DNA of 64,000 nt from contig JAHLMM010000001.1 in NCBI GenBank assembly GCA_018920365.1, positions 4,449 to 68,448 on the forward strand, in the 5' to 3' direction. The stretch's first letter is position 1. Each line of letters begins with the position of its first letter. Source of the DNA: Candidatus Aenigmatarchaeota archaeon. Its GTDB lineage: Archaea; Aenigmatarchaeota; Aenigmatarchaeia; CG10238-14. The position numbers and the translations under genes are program-made. This document shows positions 60,904 to 64,000 of this stretch, one piece after another. Under the pieces are notes generated by a model that made no database searches, was not told the origin of the DNA, and was given only the letters and a program-made list of their open reading frames with translations.

Positions 60904-63021
60904 TTAAGCAGGTGTAATACCGCTTGCAGATAGACTTGTAACTTTGACTGCAGTATTGCTACCTAGCTGTCCAGCGAATGTATCAAATTGTTGTAATAGA
61001 CTTGTTGCCATTCTTGTGTTTGCTTCTTCCCAACCAGCTACAACAACAACAACTTGTCCTGATTTGAAGACACCGTCGTAGACCTTTATGTAGCCTTCAC
61101 CCTCAGCAAATGGTAATAGTCCAGAGCTACCGTATGTTGGATAGCTTAGACCCATTGCTTGAGCTGTGAGTCTATTTACAGCTGGACCACCTACTAATAC
61201 TAGGTGTTTACCAACTGTTGCAGGATCTACTTCAGTATCCAATTTTGCGACAGTTGTTGTGACTGGGACTACTTTCTTGATGTTACCGCCTTCTGTTGTT
61301 GTTGCACTTCCACTTGGACCGTAAACGACTACTTTAGCCTTTACTTGGTCTGCAGGAACGTGCACGACAACTTTATCAGCAGCGCCGTTGCTATCTGGGT
61401 TCTTTATGACAACACCATATCTTGTTCTCAAGTCGTATTCTTTTGTACCTATGTTATTTCCGTTCCATGTCAATTCTGTTGATTCTGAGTCGTCTGCTGT
61501 TGCACCTAGATGATCGAAATTACCACCAGATGCTGTCCAGACAGAGACTACATCGTCAGATGACACTGCACTATCTAATGTTAATGCAAATGTTGTCAAC
61601 CCTGTTGTGTTTTGAATTGTAAACTTCAAGTCACCTGCTCTGGTATCTTGATAGTTTACATTTGCAACATCAAAAGCTGTTCCTGCTAATGTGATGTTAC
61701 CTGCATATGTAACATCATTGTCATTGTCAACATAGAATACTGTTACTCTGCCGTTTGTTGAATCCAATTTCAGATACAATGTATCTGTCTTGTATGAATT
61801 TCCGCTTACCAACTCAACCAAACCTTCATCTAGGCCGGCTGATCTGATTCTCAAAACTGTGTTACTTGAACCCCAGTTGGAACCAGCGTCTGTTAGATCA
61901 ACGCCTGTTTCAACAGATACCTCATATTGTTGATATGAGTTAACTGTTAGGCTGTCTAAGCAGACTTTTGCATAAGCATTTGGAAATTCATAGCATTGGC
62001 CAACTGTTACTGGATTATCTGTGTAATCGTCTCTTATAAAGTCATTCTCGATTGCTATTGTTGGTGAGTTGCTTGTCAAGCCAGATAATTTCCAGACCCA
62101 CAATGGGTTGTTTTTATCTTGGCCTATGTAAGCATCACCGTTGTTGTATGTCTTTGTTGTTTCTTCGCCAAGTAATAATACAGCTACTCTATCTTCTTTT
62201 GTATCAGAGTAACCGTAATCTGTTGGCTTTACTTTGATACCATTGACTGTTTTTACTTGTCCTTGAGATACTGTAGCAGATACGCCGTCTACATCAACCA
62301 AGACAGATCCACTAGAGAAGACATTCTTCAATGTGACTGTCTTTCCTAGTACTTTGACACTATCACCAACGCTTAGAGTGTATTCATCACCTACTCTAGC
62401 TGTGAAAGTGTCACTGTCTGCTACACTCTCTATGACTAGAGTCTTACCCAAGAATTCAATTTCCAGAGGATCTGTTGTTGTTGCTTTAGATACATTGATA
62501 GATTCGTCAAAGACGAATGCGTATGTCAATGCATCTTTTTGGATTTCCAAGTAAACACCATCTGCATATTTATCATCAGATGATGTTAAGCTTGTTTCAA
62601 CATCCAAGTTATTAGCTGTGGATGTTAATTGGATTTCCTCATGGAAATCGTATGTATCATCTTGGAAAGACACAGAGCTATCTTTTAGTCCAGAGAGTTT
62701 GTATTGTTTCAATGCTGTATCTAGATAGTTACCACCAGCTATAGTGTCTCCTAATTCTATTTCTTCTGAAGTAGCGCCAGATAAAACTGTATCGCCGCTT
62801 ACAGAGACTAGTTCATAGGATTCACCAGCTAGTCTAACTGCTAGATCAACAGCACCGACGACATCTGCTGGAGCTGCACCTGAACCTACCACAACATAAG
62901 CGTCCAAGTTATGGTTCTTGAACAAAAATGTTGGGTAGTCTCCCAAAGTCACTGCTGCCGATACTATTGGAGCTAGTGCAATAATTGCAGCCAATACGGA
63001 TGCAATTATTTTGTCTTTCAT
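60904..63021 (-). CDS. S-layer protein (Methanococcales/Thermococcales-type S_layer_N + S_layer_C architecture)
   Basis: Signal peptide 'ASVLAAIIALAPIVSA'. N-terminal 'LGDYPTFLF..DAYVVVGSGAAPADVVGAVDLAVRLAG'. C-terminal 'HLVLVGGPAVNRLTAQAMG..VVVVAGWEEANTRMA'. Composition is rich in Ala, Gly, Val, Thr, Asp and Ser and poor in Lys, and the gene is visibly more GC-rich than its neighbours. Confidence 0.8.
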   Translation of the reverse strand: MKDKIIASVLAAIIALAPIVSAAVTLGDYPTFLFKNHNLDAYVVVGSGAAPADVVGAVDLAVRLAGESYELVSVSGDTVLSGATSEEIELGDTIAGGNYLDTALKQYKLSGLKDSSVSFQDDTYDFHEEIQLTSTANNLDVETSLTSSDDKYADGVYLEIQKDALTYAFVFDESINVSKATTTDPLEIEFLGKTLVIESVADSDTFTARVGDEYTLSVGDSVKVLGKTVTLKNVFSSGSVLVDVDGVSATVSQGQVKTVNGIKVKPTDYGYSDTKEDRVAVLLLGEETTKTYNNGDAYIGQDKNNPLWVWKLSGLTSNSPTIAIENDFIRDDYTDNPVTVGQCYEFPNAYAKVCLDSLTVNSYQQYEVSVETGVDLTDAGSNWGSSNTVLRIRSAGLDEGLVELVSGNSYKTDTLYLKLDSTNGRVTVFYVDNDNDVTYAGNITLAGTAFDVANVNYQDTRAGDLKFTIQNTTGLTTFALTLDSAVSSDDVVSVWTASGGNFDHLGATADDSESTELTWNGNNIGTKEYDLRTRYGVVIKNPDSNGAADKVVVHVPADQVKAKVVVYGPSGSATTTEGGNIKKVVPVTTTVAKLDTEVDPATVGKHLVLVGGPAVNRLTAQAMGLSYPTYGSSGLLPFAEGEGYIKVYDGVFKSGQVVVVVAGWEEANTRMATSLLQQFDTFAGQLGSNTAVKVTSLSASGITPA

Positions 63022-63056
63022 TTATATTTCACCAATTTATTCCACTTTCGTGGCTT

Positions 63057-63076
63057 AATAGGCTCTGCAGCCTATT
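63057..63076 (-). promoter_or_regulatory. perfect 8-bp hairpin in the putative 5' leader of the S-layer mRNA
   Basis: AATAGGCT-ctgc-AGCCTATT lies 36-55 nt upstream of the ATG. A candidate TATA box (minus strand TTTATATA) is at 63106..63113, and GGTG lies 10 nt before the ATG. Confidence 0.4.
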
Positions 63077-63256
63077 ATTCATGACAATATAATGGCTAAA
63101 GTAGGTATATAAACCTTACGTGAAACAATTTCAACACAAAAATTATACGAATTTTTAATGTTTATTTTTAACTAAATAAGAAAAAATTCTCTATAATATT
63201 GTTTCAATAGTCAGAAAAATTGTTTTTTCAGCTTAAAAAGTTATTAAAATTGTTTT

Positions 63257-63991
63257 TTAATTTTCGGATTGTTCGGTTTCCTCTTTAACAAATTTTTTCT
63301 TCAATTTCACTTTGTTCTTCCTACCTTGCCTTTCTGTTTCTACTACACCACGCTCTTCTAGGTTCTGAATTATCCTACTCACTTTTGCTTTAGAGAACCC
63401 TGACAGGGCAACTAGCTTTCTTTGATCTACTTCATCCTCTGGCTGTTGCTGTAGAATTTCAACTATGATTCTTTCAGCTTCATTTAAAACAGATAAAACC
63501 AATTCTGGCTTTTTCTTCAAGATTCTTAAATATAATATGATCAAAACAGATATTACAAAAACAGAGGACAAAATAATTATAATATAATATTTTTGATAGC
63601 CCTGAGAACTGTCAATTCTTTCATAATATAATCTTATAGGAATTATGTCATCTGGAGATTTTTCACTGAAACTCCATTTTATAAATATCTTCCTGCCATC
63701 AGTACCAACTTCTTTTACTGGTGGTGAACTTGGAACCATTATTTTATCTGATAACCCATACCCAAAAGGCAAATCTGTTTTTATGTTTATGTTTTTTGTT
63801 TCAACTGTTATTGGTATATCATAAGAAAACAAGTGTATGTTTTTGCTTTGCTTTACTAAATTGATGCCAACAAAACTTACATTCATTTTATTCGAAGTTG
63901 CTTTACAGTACAAAGCATCTTGATAATCATTCATAATATAACATTGACCACCTGTTGAGGTTAATTCTTTAATTGGGAAATATAGTGGCAT
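63257..63991 (-). CDS. membrane-tethered winged-helix regulator, paralogue of 13875..14687 (N-terminus may lie beyond the window)
   Basis: 'TDGRKIFIKWSF..IPIRLYY', TM 'YYIIIILSSVFVISVLIILYL', and wHTH 'ERIIVEIL..QRKLVALSGFSKAKVSRIIQNLEERGVVETERQGRKNKV'. No signal peptide is visible and there is no in-frame stop upstream before the window edge. Confidence 0.65.
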   Translation of the reverse strand: MPLYFPIKELTSTGGQCYIMNDYQDALYCKATSNKMNVSFVGINLVKQSKNIHLFSYDIPITVETKNINIKTDLPFGYGLSDKIMVPSSPPVKEVGTDGRKIFIKWSFSEKSPDDIIPIRLYYERIDSSQGYQKYYIIIILSSVFVISVLIILYLRILKKKPELVLSVLNEAERIIVEILQQQPEDEVDQRKLVALSGFSKAKVSRIIQNLEERGVVETERQGRKNKVKLKKKFVKEETEQSEN

Positions 63992-64000
63992 TGTTATTTC

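Noticed and set aside
1-64000. Search for CRISPR arrays, rRNA genes, transposases, integrases, prophage cores, toxin-antitoxin pairs, restriction-modification systems or other canonical defence genes, including next to the two tRNA genes.
   Set aside because: No spacer/repeat periodicity is present, and no non-coding stretch is longer than ~235 nt. No DDE, tyrosine or serine recombinase motifs or capsid/terminase-like ORFs were recognised. The regions next to the tRNAs are ordinary housekeeping genes.

Overview
This is a strongly AT-rich archaeal chromosome segment with very tight gene packing and many 4-nt ATGA start/stop overlaps. The housekeeping genes are clearly archaeal. They include ribosomal proteins eS17, L44e, eS27, L18e, uL13, uS9, eS26 and L10e, aIF2-beta, RFC small and large subunits, PriS primase, GINS, an RPA32-like OB-fold protein, RtcA, RtcB with archease, Pth2, and HisRS, GlyRS and MetRS. 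There are two tRNAs, Gly-CCC and Gln-CTG. A primase fused to a PriL-CTD-like domain, a split MetRS, and very large sequon-rich surface proteins fit a small-genome DPANN-type archaeon; this placement is inference only. Roughly half of the window consists of three cell-envelope islands. Island 1 (17.7-34.0 kb) holds two beta-helix adhesin-like proteins and a three-gene operon. The centrepiece of that operon is a 2210-aa surface protein whose single-pass anchor is followed by a cytoplasmic HerA/FtsK-type P-loop ATPase. Island 1 also carries two mirrored two-gene cassettes, each pairing a secreted subunit with a membrane-anchored Ig-like protein; the subunit domain recurs at the C-terminus of the 942-aa adhesin. 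I regard this island as the best candidate for an undescribed trans-envelope machine. Island 2 (38.0-46.1 kb) is a type IV pilus-like locus with a FlaI/PilB-type ATPase, two TadC/ArlJ-like half-genes, three class-III-signal pilins and a 919-aa tail-fiber-like repeat protein. Island 3 (57.0-64.0 kb) holds two translationally coupled processive GT2 synthases, a membrane thioredoxin-like protein, an S-layer protein gene and a membrane-tethered wHTH regulator. I saw no CRISPR array, rRNA, transposase or integrase. All calls rest on reading the translated ORFs and the DNA by eye; no database search was run.
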